DNA of 64,000 nucleotides from Eledone cirrhosa (Eukaryota), in contig OZ024740.1 of the NCBI GenBank assembly GCA_964016885.1, forward strand, positions 682,001-746,000, written 5' to 3'. This document shows, in pieces, positions 52,243 through 64,000 of the stretch. Under the pieces are notes generated by a model that saw only the letters and a list, made by a program, of their open reading frames with translations, was not told the origin of the DNA and searched no databases. Position 1 is the first letter of the stretch. Every line of letters starts with the position of its first letter. Both the position numbers and the translations under genes were made by a program.

Positions 52243-55146
52243 TTCCCTCCCCCATGAAGAATGCAACTCTCAACATAGACTCATAATTAGCGACCTCATA
52301 GTCAGGACGAGACGTACTCGACAACAGAGGAGGACTAGCCTCAGGAGAAAAATATGGAAGTTAAAAGACCCCACAGCCAGTAATAAATTTAAAAGCATAT
52401 TACTTGATGCTTTTGATAGTAAGGAAGAGCAATTAGAGTCGTACAATATAGAGGAACAGTGGGAATTCCTGAAAGCTAACCTGCTGAAGGCGACAGATGA
52501 AACCTGTGGCTGGAGCAGACCTATAGGCAGGAGGAGAGCAACATGGTGGTGGAACAGTAAGGTGGAGGGGTCAATCAAGGCCAAAAAGCAGGCTTGGAAA
52601 GCATGGCGGGATGGAGGAAGTAGAGAAGACTATCAAGTGGCCAGGAGGGAAGCTAGGAGCCAAGTGTACTTCGCAAGATGGGGAACAGAGGAAAGAAAGT
52701 TCAAGCATGTTCTACAACGTGAGGACCAAAAACTTGAGGTGTTCAGGATTGCTAGGCAATGTGTCAAGGAAAACAATGATATTGTCGGGGAGAAGTGTGT
52801 CCTTAATGATGATGGTGTACTTGCCATCACTGACGTTGATAAGAAGGTAGCTTGGAAGTGTCACTACGAAAGGCTACTAAATGAGGAGAATAATTGGGAG
52901 AAAGACAGTCTCCCCCACATCGACCCAATAGAGGGACGAGCAGTGCTAGTTGAAGGTAGTATAATAAGTAAGGCGATCAAAGACATGAAGACAGGCAAGG
53001 CGGCCGGGCCTTCGGAAATAGTTGCTGAAATGCTGAAAGCATCTGGAACGGAGGGACACACTATGGTCACCCGGATAGTAAACCAAGTCATACAGAATGA
53101 GGTGGTTCCGAAGGACTGGCGCAGCAGCAACATCATTAACTGCTACAAGGGTAAAGGTGATGCCCTAGATAGGGGAAACTATACAGGCATTAAATTAATT
53201 GACCAGGTCATGAAGGTCACAGAAAAAGTAATAGCGCAACTAATCAGAGAGCGAATTGATCTAGACGAAATGCAGTTCGGGTTTGTGTCAGGTAAAAGTA
53301 CAACAGGTGCTCTCCTCATTGTACGACAACTACAAGAGAAGTACCTAGCTAAAAGTAAACCCCTATACTTAGCTTTTGTTGACTTGGAGAAAGCCTTTGA
53401 CAGAGTACCCCGCTCGATTATCTGGTGGGCTCTTAGAAAACTAGGTGTTGATGAATGGCTTGTGAGAGCTATACAAGCCATGTATAAAGAAACAGTCAGC
53501 AAGGTTAGAATTAACAACGAATATAGTGAAGCGTTTAGCGTAAAAGTTGGTGTTCATCAGGGCTCCGTCCTTAGCCCCCTACTATTTATTATTGCCCTTC
53601 AGGCTATAACAGAGGAGTTCAAGACCGTATGAATATATATATATATATCTGTGTATATGCAGATGATCTAACGCTCATAGCTGAATCAATGGCTGAACTA
53701 GAGAAGAAATTCCAAACATGGAAGCATGGCCTAGAATCAAAAGGCCTTAAAGTTAACTTGTCTAAGACTAAAGTTCTAGTTTGTAAGAAGGAAAACATGG
53801 CACCGGTCCCATCTGGGAAATGGCCATGCTCAGTGTGTAGGAAAGGAGTAGGCAGAAACTCCATTTTATGTCCCAAATGCAAAGTATGGGTGCATAAAAA
53901 AAAAAGATGTAGTGGGATCACAGGTAAGCTAACTAAGAATATAGATTTTATATGTGGCCGGTGCTCTGGTGCAATAAGTAGCAGCAAGTGCCCACTGAAT
54001 ACTACCTCATTCCATTGCACAGATGGTTCTATAGAAACATTGGACAGCTTCCGTTACCTGAGTGACAAAATCAGCAGTGGGGGAGGGTGCTCCGAAAGTA
54101 CAGTAGCTAGAGTCAGAACGGGATGGAAAAAGTTCAGAGAGCTTATACCACTATTGGCCACTAAAGGGTTCTCTCTAAAAACGAAAGGCAGGCTGTATGA
54201 TGCCTGCATACGAACAGCAATGTTACATGGCAGTGAGACCTGGGCATTGTGTGCAGAGGATATACGCAGACTGGAGAGAAACGAAGCTTGCATGCTCCGC
54301 TGGATGTGTAATAGTAATATACGTCCACGGGAAAGCATAAATAGACTAAGTGAGAAATTAAGAATAAAAGGGATCAGATGCTGTTTATTTGAGAGAAGAC
54401 TACGTTGGTACGGTCACGTGATGCGCATGAAAGACAACAGCTGTATAAAAAAGTCCAGGGTGATAAAAATAGACGGTAGCCACGGAGTAGGCAGACCCAG
54501 AAAAACCTGGGACGACTTGATAAATTACGACCTCACACACTTACACCTCTCCAAGACAATGTCACTGGACCGAGATCTTTGGCGCTACACAGTTATACAG
54601 AAGACCTGCCTTGCCTAAGTACAAAGCGAAACCTACAGTCAGTAGGCACCTCTAACAAAATACACCCCCCGTCCCACTACTCCCACCCCATCCACACCAC
54701 CCCCTTAAATGTGAAGTTATGTTGGTACCACAACCTCCAGTCCGAAACAAATGAGGTTGTGTAGGTGTCACGACAAAAAAACACACAGTCCACGCTGTAA
54801 TGTGGCCGTGTAGGTAACATGGTAAAAACCTCCCAGTACACACGGTAAACGTGGTTGGTGTTGGGAAGGGCACCCAGCCGTAGAAAACCCGCCAGACGTG
54901 TAGGTGTCATGACAAAAAACACACAGTCCACGCTGTAATGTGGCCGTGTAGGTAACACGGTAAAATCCTCCCAGTCCACACTGTAAACGTGGTTGGTGTT
55001 AGGAAGGGCATCCAGCCGTAGAAAACCCGCCAGACAGTCCTATACGAGTAGGATAACCAATCTTGCCTCAAGTGGGAAAACTCCCGTCCAAACCCATGCA
55101 AGCATGGAAGATGGACGTTAAACGACGATGATGATGATGATGATGA
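52243..55146 (+). mobile_element. RTE-clade LINE, 5'-truncated, RT largely open
   Basis: ORFs 52046..53632 (non-microsatellite part) and 53629..54618: [25 protein letters not shown] short TA-rich tract replaces ~7 codons just before YADD; repeated 3'UTR and (GAT)n tail. Confidence 0.93.
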
Positions 55147-55195
55147 TATATGTAAGTATGTTTTGAAACAGTGAGCAAGTTTGAAATTATATATA

Positions 55196-56052
55196 CTAGC
55201 TGACGTACCCAGCTTCGCCCGGGTAAACAGATGATAAGAGAAGGCAGGTAAAAGAGAAAATGACTGTATTGAATATTTGTCTGGTTACAGTATGAGGCGA
55301 GTCCATGGTGTCTGTGTGATACAAAAAACAGTAAAAAAAACTTCCAGATATACCAGATTCTTCGTTGTATCGTTTGTGCATAGTATATGAACAATTCTCG
55401 GTGCTCCCACCTAGAATAGTGACCTCTAGGAGATGGTTCATCTTCTGCCTGACTGTAAAACGTGTATCATTGCATAGACATGGTTGTTCCACGTTTCTCA
55501 AAAGGATGATGGAAGTTCCAATCTTTTATATTATATGTAGATATAGATATAGATAATTAATATAAAAGATGATGCTCAGCCAGTTTATCTTCAACCATCG
55601 CAGCACGCCGTCGCTGCTTGGCTCCAGTGCTTCGTTGGCGTTGTTCAGCCAGCTCCTCTTCATTCATGGCGGCACATCTTTGCCTCTGAAGTTCGGCGTT
55701 CCGATGGCGCTGTTCAGCCCGTTTTTCTTCATTTCTGGCTGCACGCCGTTGCCGCTGTAGTTTACTGTTTGATAAAGTCGAATTGCTTTTACTTTCTGTG
55801 GAACGCTGCACGCACGCACACACACATAAACATACTCGCACGTACATACACACACACACATGGTAATAGTTACGGCGTTCACTTTGCCTCTCTGTTTCTT
55901 ACTCTCCCCTCTCACTCCCTCATTGGAATTATGCATATTAATTTAAGTTTGGCGTCGTTGAGGTGGGCGGAGTCGTTTTGAAATCTATGAACCAATGATA
56001 ATCGAGAATTATGACACACAGAATAATGACATTGTTGAAATTAATATATAGA
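55196..56052 (-). mobile_element. Non-autonomous Helitron, copy 2 of 14295-15136
   Basis: Same A|TC and hairpin-CTAG|T ends; carries helicase remnant (MRNVEQPCLCNDTRF..LEVTILGG) and an Arg/Glu repeat remnant. Confidence 0.88.
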
Positions 56053-56376
56053 TAAGCTTTCACTGTATTTTTGACTAAAGAAATTTTTAGCCTTATAGTG
56101 GGGTTTAGAACCCTCAGAGAAATGGAAAAAGCTGAGTATTGACGTACATGGGAGTCGAACCCACAACTTTGGTTATCCAGACCACTGTGCTACTATTACA
56201 CCAACACATCACCCATCTGATGTGTTGGTGTAATGGTAGCACAGTGGTCTGGATAACCAAAGTTGTGGGTTCGACTCCCATGTACGTCAATACTCAGCTT
56301 TTTCCATTTCTCTGAGGGTTCTAAACCCCACTATAAGGCTAAAAATTTCTTTAGTCAAAAATACAGTGAAAGCTTA
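56053..56376. repeat. 159-bp-arm palindrome of a tRNA-like unit (6-nt spacer)
   Basis: 56053-56211 is the reverse complement of 56218-56376 with about one mismatch. Confidence 0.92.
56219..56289 (+). pseudogene. tRNA-like sequence (pseudo-tRNA or SINE head), mirrored on - at 56140-56210
   Basis: Cloverleaf GATGTGT/GTACGTC, D arm GTGT/GCAC, T arm GTGGG-TTCGACT-CCCAT, loop CTGGATA (atypical), followed by TTTTT. Confidence 0.6.
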
Positions 56377-56389
56377 TATTTCTAATTAA

Positions 56390-56431
<42 letters not shown>

Positions 56432-56706
56432 TCATCATCATCATCATCATCATTTTAACGTCCGCTTTTCCCTGCTTGCAAGGGTGGGACGGGAACCTCA
56501 TTTACAGTGAGTGCTGGGTGCTTTTTTCCGTGGTGCCAACACGTCCACTTTACAGTGTGGGTTGGGTGCTTTTTTGCCGTGGCTCCTCCACGACCACTTT
56601 GGAGTGGGAGGGTGTGGGTGCATATTGTATATATGCTTCAGCTTCGGCTTGTACCCGTGGGGGATCGGGTCTTCTGTATTACTACGTGACACCAGAGGTT
56701 ACGGTC

Positions 56707-56756
<50 letters not shown>

Positions 56757-56757
56757 G

Positions 56758-56843
<86 letters not shown>

Positions 56844-57130
56844 TATATGTATATATGTATATATGTATCCACCGCAAGGTGGTCGTGGAGGTGCCACGGC
56901 AAAAAAGCACCTAGCCCACACTGTAAAGTGGACGTGTAGGCGCCACGAAAAAGCACCCAGCACTCACTGTAAATGAGGTTGGTGTTAGGAAGGGCATCCA
57001 GCTGTAGAAATCAAGCCAGATCAGTTCCTGTATGAGCAAGGCATGGTCAGCCGACCAGACACTGCCCACAACAGGACAACCCGTCTAACCCATGCTAGCG
57101 TGGAAGAACGGACGTAAAACGGTGATGATG

Positions 57131-57235
<105 letters not shown>

Positions 57236-57354
57236 ATATATATATGTATATATGTATGTATATGTATGTAAAAGGGAAATAAAAATAACAACACAATCGG
57301 TACAGTATATGGAAGGAATATATTAGGTGAACGCTTGATATAGCAGGAAGAGGG

Positions 57355-57390
57355 TCTTAACGTTTCAAACGCAGGTCCATCATCAGAAGA
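57355..57390 (-). ncRNA. Minimal type I hammerhead motif (family of 11575-11610)
   Basis: TCTT-CTGATGA-t-GGAC ctgc GTTT-GAAA-CG-TT|AAGA; flanks align with 11560-11700. Confidence 0.68.
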
Positions 57391-57575
57391 AAGAATGAGA
57401 AATAAGATAGATTGAGGGGACGGGAGGGCTGGAATTGGAAAAAAATGTCTTTAAATAAAAATAACAGATTATATATATACGGGTCTTACTGGTTCCTATT
57501 ACCCACTCTACTACCCTAAGTATTGAGTACTTTGGTGCGTTATGGTCCACCTGGTTCCTTACCACATTTCCTTCG

Positions 57576-57602
<27 letters not shown>

Positions 57603-57608
<6 letters not shown>

Positions 57609-57989
57609 AAAGTAAGTCCATAGAATCATTAGATAAAATATATACAGTATTTCTTCTTCCAATCAGCATAATCAACCATACAAAAATCATTTAAACGAGG
57701 CTATGTTTATGTACACGCTTTCTTCTAACTTTGATTTTGAACCTATTATGTATGGTTAACTGTATGTCTAGTCAATTTCTACAGGCTATCAGAAATACTA
57801 GGTAAATTTTCTGTGGCTGTGAATCGCGGATAAATAGCTATCATTTATTTATATATTATTTCTTCATAGGTATATTTTAAACTTATAGCCTCGTTTAAAT
57901 GATTTTTTGTATGGTTGATTATGCTGATTGGGAGAAGAAATACTGTATATATTTTATCTGATGATTCTATGGACTTACTTTCGTATATA
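57603..57989. repeat. Inverted repeat, ~100-bp arms with ~180-bp spacer, in (TA)n
   Basis: 57603-57704 versus 57885-57989. Confidence 0.85.
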
Positions 57990-58442
57990 GTGCTCTGATT
58001 GTTGATTATTTAATTAATTAATTCGTCATTGAGCCACACCGTGAATGGTTGCCAAAAACGTATATATATATATATATATGGCTCTGTCTAGTTTATGTGT
58101 ATGTAAACTTCTAAATTTTATATATATAATATATATAAATTCAGGAATAACAACAACACCCAAACAAACAACACTGACCTAAGAGAAGTATAAATAAGTA
58201 AATAAAATAAGATAAATAAATACATACACAAGCACAATAACAACAAGCACATAAACACACACTAGTCACCCAGCAAACATAACACTATACACACTAGTCA
58301 CACAACACACATAACACTATACACACACGCAAACGCATGCGCAAAGAAGACAAAATAAAATAAACAAACAAGCAAATAAATATATAGACAGACTGAATAA
58401 AAAATGGCGTAGACATACAACACAACAGGAGGAAAATATAAC

Positions 58443-58492
58443 ACCACTGACGATGTTGCAGATGTGCAACGAAAGATTTATGTAAATTATGT
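58443..58492 (+). ncRNA. Degenerate hammerhead motif
   Basis: CTGACGA-t-GTTGCA gatg TGCAAC-GAAA-GATTTA tg TAAATT; cleavage triplet and stem I lost. Homolog on - at ~15155-15200. Confidence 0.5.
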
Positions 58493-58748
58493 AAACTATA
58501 TATATGTGTTTGTGTCTATATTGTATCTGTATTATTTTTGACCGTCGGTCAGTCAATGGCAACATTGAGGACCGAGTAAGTTAGATTACAGATATAAAAG
58601 ACAGCGAGAAGCGAAAACCAACCAAACAGTGAGTGTGTTCTGTTATTAATTCTGGCAATATTACACAAATATGACCCTCCCCAAGTATAACAATATTTGT
58701 TTCGACACGATTTCATATAAAAAACCTCGCTAAACTAATTCATCGCCG

Positions 58749-58787
<39 letters not shown>

Positions 58788-58859
58788 TGTTCCAGCCTGC
58801 ATACTGAGGTGTTGGTATACAACCAACATAAACTCAAAAAATATATATATATACATATA

Positions 58860-58926
<67 letters not shown>

Positions 58927-59581
58927 TGTTCGTCTTTAGATGGATTTTATTCCTTCCATATGGTTCACCCACAACATGATGGTGGAGGATATTTGAAGCC
59001 GTAAGTCTTTCCTTTAATCTCTTTATCCTTGTATGTGTGTGTGTTTGTCTGTCTATCTGTGTGTGTGTGTGTATCCATGCCTATGTTACTTTAAAGCCCT
59101 CATGCTTCTCGAAATTCGCCAAAACTACACCTGATATCCCCCTTCCATACACATGCACACATGTGTATATCATGACTCATGCACTGTTCATTTTCCTGAC
59201 GTTTGTACATTATCCTATGTACTATACATACACTTTTGATAAGTAGTAGTGCACCTGAGCACTGTACACAATATTTTCATTATTATTTATGTCCTGTAAC
59301 TTAACATTTTGACAAAAACAGAGATCAGTAACATAGGTACTGGGCTTAACTTGATAAACTAAATCCCTTTGAGGCAATGCTCCAGCATGGCCATAGTCTC
59401 TAATGGATAAAACCAGTAAAAGAATGAAAGATAAGAATTCACACTTACACACACACACACTCCACACTCAACTTAGCATAATGGTTAACATGCTTGCCCA
59501 GTATTTGGGAGATACACAGTACATTTCTCCTCAATGGCTACTGTTCATTATTTCCATCTCTTGACATAAGCTATTATTTAA

Positions 59582-59800
59582 AGGTGGATTGGCAGTATCG
59601 GTAGAGGGTCGGACGCCATGTTTTGCAGCATAGAGTTACGGCTCTTTATGATCTGAGCTCAAATCCCGCCGAGGTTAACTTTGCCTTTCATCCTTATGGG
59701 GTCGATAAAATAAAGTACCAGTCACGCACTGGGGTCGATCTAATCGACTTTCCCCTCCCCCAAATTACTGGCCTTGTGCCTATATAAGAAACCATTATTT
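59582..59800 (+). mobile_element. tRNA-derived SINE (family of 24804-24987)
   Basis: Same head GGTGGATTGGCAGTATCGGTAGAGGGTCGGAC; flanking ATTATTTAAAG duplication. Confidence 0.85.
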
Positions 59801-59923
59801 AAAGCAATCAACTGTTGTTACAGCTATTTTCTACATTTGGGATTTCCGTATTTAAAAATTTTAAATCACCCGGTGCTTCAAGAATTCCTAAGATATATAT
59901 ATATATATCATCATCATCATCAT

Positions 59924-59969
<46 letters not shown>

Positions 59970-59973
<4 letters not shown>

Positions 59974-60250
59974 ATGAAATGACAGGAGGCTGGATTTGTG
60001 TAAATCCTTGAAAGGTTTATTATACTATGATCATTTCAATGACCGGGTTCCGTATGAATCCGGTGATATCATCAGGTATTCGAAATATAATACGTGAATG
60101 TAATAGATTTTACCTATTACATTCACGTATTATATTTCGAATACCTGATGATATCACCGGATTCATACGGAACCCGGTCATTGAAATGATCATAGTATAA
60201 TAAACCTTTCAAGGATTTACACAAATCCAGCCTCCTGTCATTTCATTATA
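59970..60250. mobile_element. Palindromic hammerhead-bearing element (137-bp arms, 7-nt spacer)
   Basis: Arms appear perfectly complementary; unique tail to ~60395; (TA)n flanks. Confidence 0.88.
60141..60198 (+). ncRNA. Type I hammerhead motif (mirror on - at 60022-60079)
   Basis: ATAC-CTGATGA-TATCACCGGATTC atacg GAACCCGGTCATT-GAAA-TGATCA-TA|GTAT. Confidence 0.72.
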
Positions 60251-60392
60251 ATATTTAACTCCGTAATAGCACCACCAACTACAAAAACAAAGACGGTTGA
60301 ACTGCTTTACGTTGAGTACTCTCTATATTATTGCATTACGATTGACCATACGGAATAGACCAGCTCTATACAGTGGTGAACCTCAAACCTGA

Positions 60393-60429
<37 letters not shown>

Positions 60430-60439
<10 letters not shown>

Positions 60440-60857
60440 TCACAAGAATCAAAGCTATGTTCAAAGTATTTATTCACTTACAATTGTTTCATCCAAACCT
60501 AGGCTTGGAGTCTTCGGAGCATTTTTCAATGTTTGTACATATAATTGACCTCCTTTCCAACGCAGGAGACATACAGATACATATATATATATTGATGTAC
60601 AGTGGAGTGACATATATTATACTATACTATTTTTGAATTTGAATTGCTGTACAAAAATAGTATAGTATAATATATGTCACTCCACTGTACATCAATATAT
60701 ACATATGCATCTGTATGTCTCCTGCGTTGGAAAGGAGGTCAATTATATGTACAAACATTGAAAAATGCTCCGAAGACTCCAAGCCTAGGTTTGGATGAAA
60801 CAATTGTAAGTGAATAAATGCTTTGAACATAGCTTTGATTCTTGTGAATTCTATATA
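60430..60857. mobile_element. Palindromic hammerhead-bearing element (~205-bp arms, 16-nt spacer)
   Basis: 60430-60635 versus 60652-60857, a few mismatches; (TA)n flank. Confidence 0.88.
60766..60812 (+). ncRNA. Type I hammerhead motif with U4C core variant (mirror on - at 60475-60521)
   Basis: TGCT-CCGAAGA-c-TCCAAGC ctag GTTTGGA-t-GAAA-CAATTG-TA|AGTG. Confidence 0.62.
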
Positions 60858-61050
60858 ACTGCTCTGTAGAACAACTGATGTTATTACATTGAGCTATTTA
60901 TCTTACTGGTAATAAGGTAGTAATAAATTACTGACCTTCACTGTTTAAGGTTTAAAATATACATAACTACAAAAAGTTTAATATATACATAATCATAAAT
61001 AGTATCCTTAATATTATATATATATCTATAAAATAAATATATATATATAT

Positions 61051-62962
61051 AGGAAAAGGTATGACCCCGACGGTAGAGCTGAAGCCGTTTCGACAGCTAT
61101 TTCTGGACTAAATTAGAATTTTTAGCCTGGTAAATAAATAGCCGAACTTGTCAAGGGGTAGTTCCTTATATGGGAAGATTGTAGTTGTCAAGAGGATTGG
61201 TCAAAATTTGTTGTAAACACAAATAAATCTATCATGGCATTTGGTGGGAGGTAGGGCTGGCTGAACTTGCCTGTAGAACAATAAGGGAGTGAGTAAAGCC
61301 AGTCAGGCATTGAAAGTGAAATCTATACAGTAGATTCTAAGGATAGTGTATGAAAAGTCGAAACATTGTTCTGGAGAAAAAGGAGGAGGGGAGTTTAAAG
61401 AATAGGTAAGTCAAGTGGGAGTAGGAGACAATGAAAAAAAATATATATAAAAAATTAGATAGAGAGAAATGAATAAAAAAACAAAAACAGTAAAGTCTAG
61501 AAATAGCTGCTATAATTAGTAGGTGTTGCTTGTACAGAAAAGCTATAGAAAAATTTTATAAGTAGGGGTGGGGGTACTGAGGCTACAGAGGACCGATAGG
61601 CTGCATCGGGGTAAGCGAAAGGGGAAAAACAGACGAGGAAGAAGATCGGGGGTGGAAGGAAGTGATAGGATGAGACGGGGGTAAGAAGAAAACATAGAGG
61701 AAAAGAAACGAGGTACGTCTATCTATGTAAGCTGGGGTTTACCCTTACTTATTCGGCAAGTGTGTGGGGGGGGGGGGGGTATCAGCCCTTGTCTACCCTC
61801 CCGGGTCGTTATGGGGTTTGAGGGCGAGGTAAGTCCTACGCAATCTGTGCTTGCATGCGGTTACCAGTTCGTCTTTCTTGTTTAGGAGTTGGTCCTTCGA
61901 AAACAGCATTTGTAATGTTTCCTCCGAGCATAAGTTACACGGACGGCGTCCTCTCATGTAAGAGTTAGCTCTGGACAGTAAGCTCCAAGTGAGATTGTAG
62001 GTTATATTATTATCTTTGAGGTCCCAGATGTGGCCCGAAAGTGTAGTGGCATGTCACCGGACCAGTTTTCGGAAAGTATGTCGGTGTTGGTAGAGCCGGG
62101 TCTTGAAGTCACAAGCAGTTAATCCAATATAAGCTTTTTTGGAGGTGTCCGTCCTCACGTTGCACTGGTATATCACGTTACGTTCTCGGCATCTGTTGTT
62201 GAGGGGGCACATAGATCTATCAGGGTAGTTACACCTCCTGGTCGGCTCTCCACTGATGTCTAGGTTGTTTCTTCCATAGGGGTTGAGTTTTTGTTGTTTG
62301 AGGAGACGATGTTTTGTGCGAAGTTAGGTGTGGTGCTGTAGGAGAGTTTGATGGTGTTTTTGTTGATTATGTTGTGGTAGCGGTGTTGTAGTGGGAAGTG
62401 TTTTTCGAGGAGCCTAAAGAAGATTTTCCCGATAGGTGTTGCCACCTCGGCATTGTGGGGAGGATTGAACCACGTTATGTTGCGTGAGCGGCGGTGTCGC
62501 CTGCTGGTTCCGCTAAGGGAAGCTGGATAAAAGGATATTTCCTCCCAGAAGCCACTCCGCTTGAGGGCCTGGTTGTAATGAGGCACATGTTCGTCGAATA
62601 TCTGCTCATTAGCGGACAAACGAGATATGCGGAGGGAGATGTTTTTAACCAAGTTATTGGTGATGTTTCTAGGATGGTTAGAGCGACAGTGGATGTAGTG
62701 TAGGTTGTTGTTTGGTTTCCAGTATGGGTAGTACAGATCATTTTCGAGGTTAAGGGTAACGTCCAGGAAATTTACTCGGGTTAGGGACGTTTGTAGGGTG
62801 ATTTTAAATCCCCAGTCCCAGAAGAAGCTGATTACTTGTTTACGGACCCGATCTGTACTACTGGGGTTGTACCCTTTGAGAATGAGGATCCCATCATCTC
62901 GGTACAATCCACCGCTGAATGCAGGAAACATTTCGGTGAGTTTAAATAGTAGGAATAATCCC
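61051..62962 (-). mobile_element. Penelope-like element: 3' RT, GIY-YIG endonuclease and terminal (pLTR) region
   Basis: YRDDG, VNFLDVTL, WFNPP; then CPLNNRC..NVIYQC..YIG..CNLC; frameshift and stop present. Confidence 0.9.
61064..61159 (-). ncRNA. Degenerate hammerhead in the PLE terminal region
   Basis: ACCCC-TTGACAA (two changes from CTGACGA)-long stem II-GAAA-CGG..CCG-TC|GGGGT; partial second copy at ~49880-49940. Confidence 0.65.
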
Positions 62963-64000
62963 CGACCGCACTGAACCCTTAGACCCACGGACTCCCTACT
63001 TCACACTGAAGGACAACAAATCCGACTTCGACCGCAAACCATTCATCAGGCTTATAAACCCAACGAAGTCGGACATAGGGAGAATCAGTAAAAAAAAAAT
63101 CCTAGATCGCGTTATACCAAAAGTTAAGCAAAACGCGAGACTTAGCCTATGGGTCAGGACCCAGGAAGTAATCTCATGGTTCAGCAATATGGAGGACAAA
63201 CGAGACACAAAATTCATCCAGTTTGAGATAGAGAGTTACTATGCATCTATTACCTTACCGCTCCTTACGGCCGCCTTGGACTTTGCCGAAACACTCACAC
63301 CCATCACTGAACAGGAAAGAAATATCATTCTCCACGCCAGGAAGACAGTCCTAATTTTCGACAACTTTAAGTGGATAAAGAGAACTCCCAACTCCTCCTT
63401 CGACGTCAGTATCGGCGCGACGGATTCGGCCGAGGTCACAGATCTTATAGGATTATTCATACTATTTAAACTCGCCGAAATGTTTCCTGCATTCGGCGGT
63501 GGATTGTACCGAGATGATGGGATCCTCACCCTCAAAGGGTACGACCCCAGTAGTACAGATCGGGTCCGTAAACAAGTAATCAGCTTCTTCTGGGACTGGG
63601 GATTTAAAATCACCCTACAAACGTCCCTAACCCGAGTAAATTTCCTGGACGTTACCCGTAACCTCGAAAATGATCTGTACTACCCATACTGGAAACCAAA
63701 CAACAACCTACACTACATCCACTGTCGCTCTAACCATCCTAGAAACATCACCAATAACTTGGTTAAAAACATCTCCCTCCGCATATCTCGTTTGTCCGCT
63801 AATGAGCAGATATTCGACGAACATGTGCCTCATTACAACCAGGCTCTCAGGCGGAGTGGCTTCCGGGAGGAAATATCCTTTTATCCAGCTTCCCTTAGCG
63901 GAACCAGCAGGCGACACCGCCGCTCACGCAACGTAACATGGTTCAATCCTCCACACAATGCCGAGGTGGCAACACCTATCGGGAAAATCTTCTTTAGGTT
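62963..64000 (+). mobile_element. Penelope-like RT fragment, inverted relative to 61051-62962 (runs off the window)
   Basis: FITLKDNK, RLINP, FEIESYYASI, YRDDG; ~63450-64000 is the near-identical reverse complement of ~62410-62962. Confidence 0.9.

Noticed and set aside
53626-53661. GT...AG mini-intron in the RTE RT
   Set aside because: Removing it does not restore the frame or YADD; it is a TA-rich replacement of ~7 codons.
56219-56289. Functional tRNA-Ser(GGA) gene
   Set aside because: Several G-U pairs in the acceptor stem, an anticodon-stem mismatch, U37 and no long variable arm; kept only as tRNA-like.
62054-62058. In-frame TGA in the PLE endonuclease as selenocysteine
   Set aside because: It is not at a Cys-motif position and is best explained by CGA-to-TGA decay; the copy has other CpG-type changes and a frameshift.

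Overview
Eukaryotic, AT- and microsatellite-rich animal DNA. The SINE, RTE-LINE and (TA)n/(CAT)n landscape suggests an octopus or other cephalopod; this is inference. The only host gene I can support is the 3' end of a HECW1/2 (NEDL)-type HECT E3 ubiquitin ligase: seven + strand exons, 12097-28737, all phase-compatible, ending in the catalytic [12 protein letters not shown] motif and a stop. The rest is mobile and repetitive DNA: a decayed autonomous Helitron and three non-autonomous Helitrons, several RTE LINEs with partner tRNA-derived SINEs, an R4/Dong-type RLE retrotransposon in (TAA)n, an inverted pair of Penelope-like (PLE) fragments, MITEs and minisatellites. Two things stand out. (1) A ~5.5 kb minisatellite (~135-140 units of 38/41 nt) is a tandem amplification of the gene's own 3' splice site: CTAAC branch point, pyrimidine tract, CAG|GT and the first 12 nt of the exon. 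Each decoy is followed by an in-frame stop, and only the last copy opens the real exon. (2) About a dozen type I hammerhead ribozyme motifs from several unrelated sequence families occur here. Many sit in 135-205 bp palindromic elements embedded in (TA)n, and one lies in the PLE terminal region. This suggests a diverse PLE-mobilised, ribozyme-bearing fold-back retroelement system. Coordinates were counted by hand and element edges are approximate.
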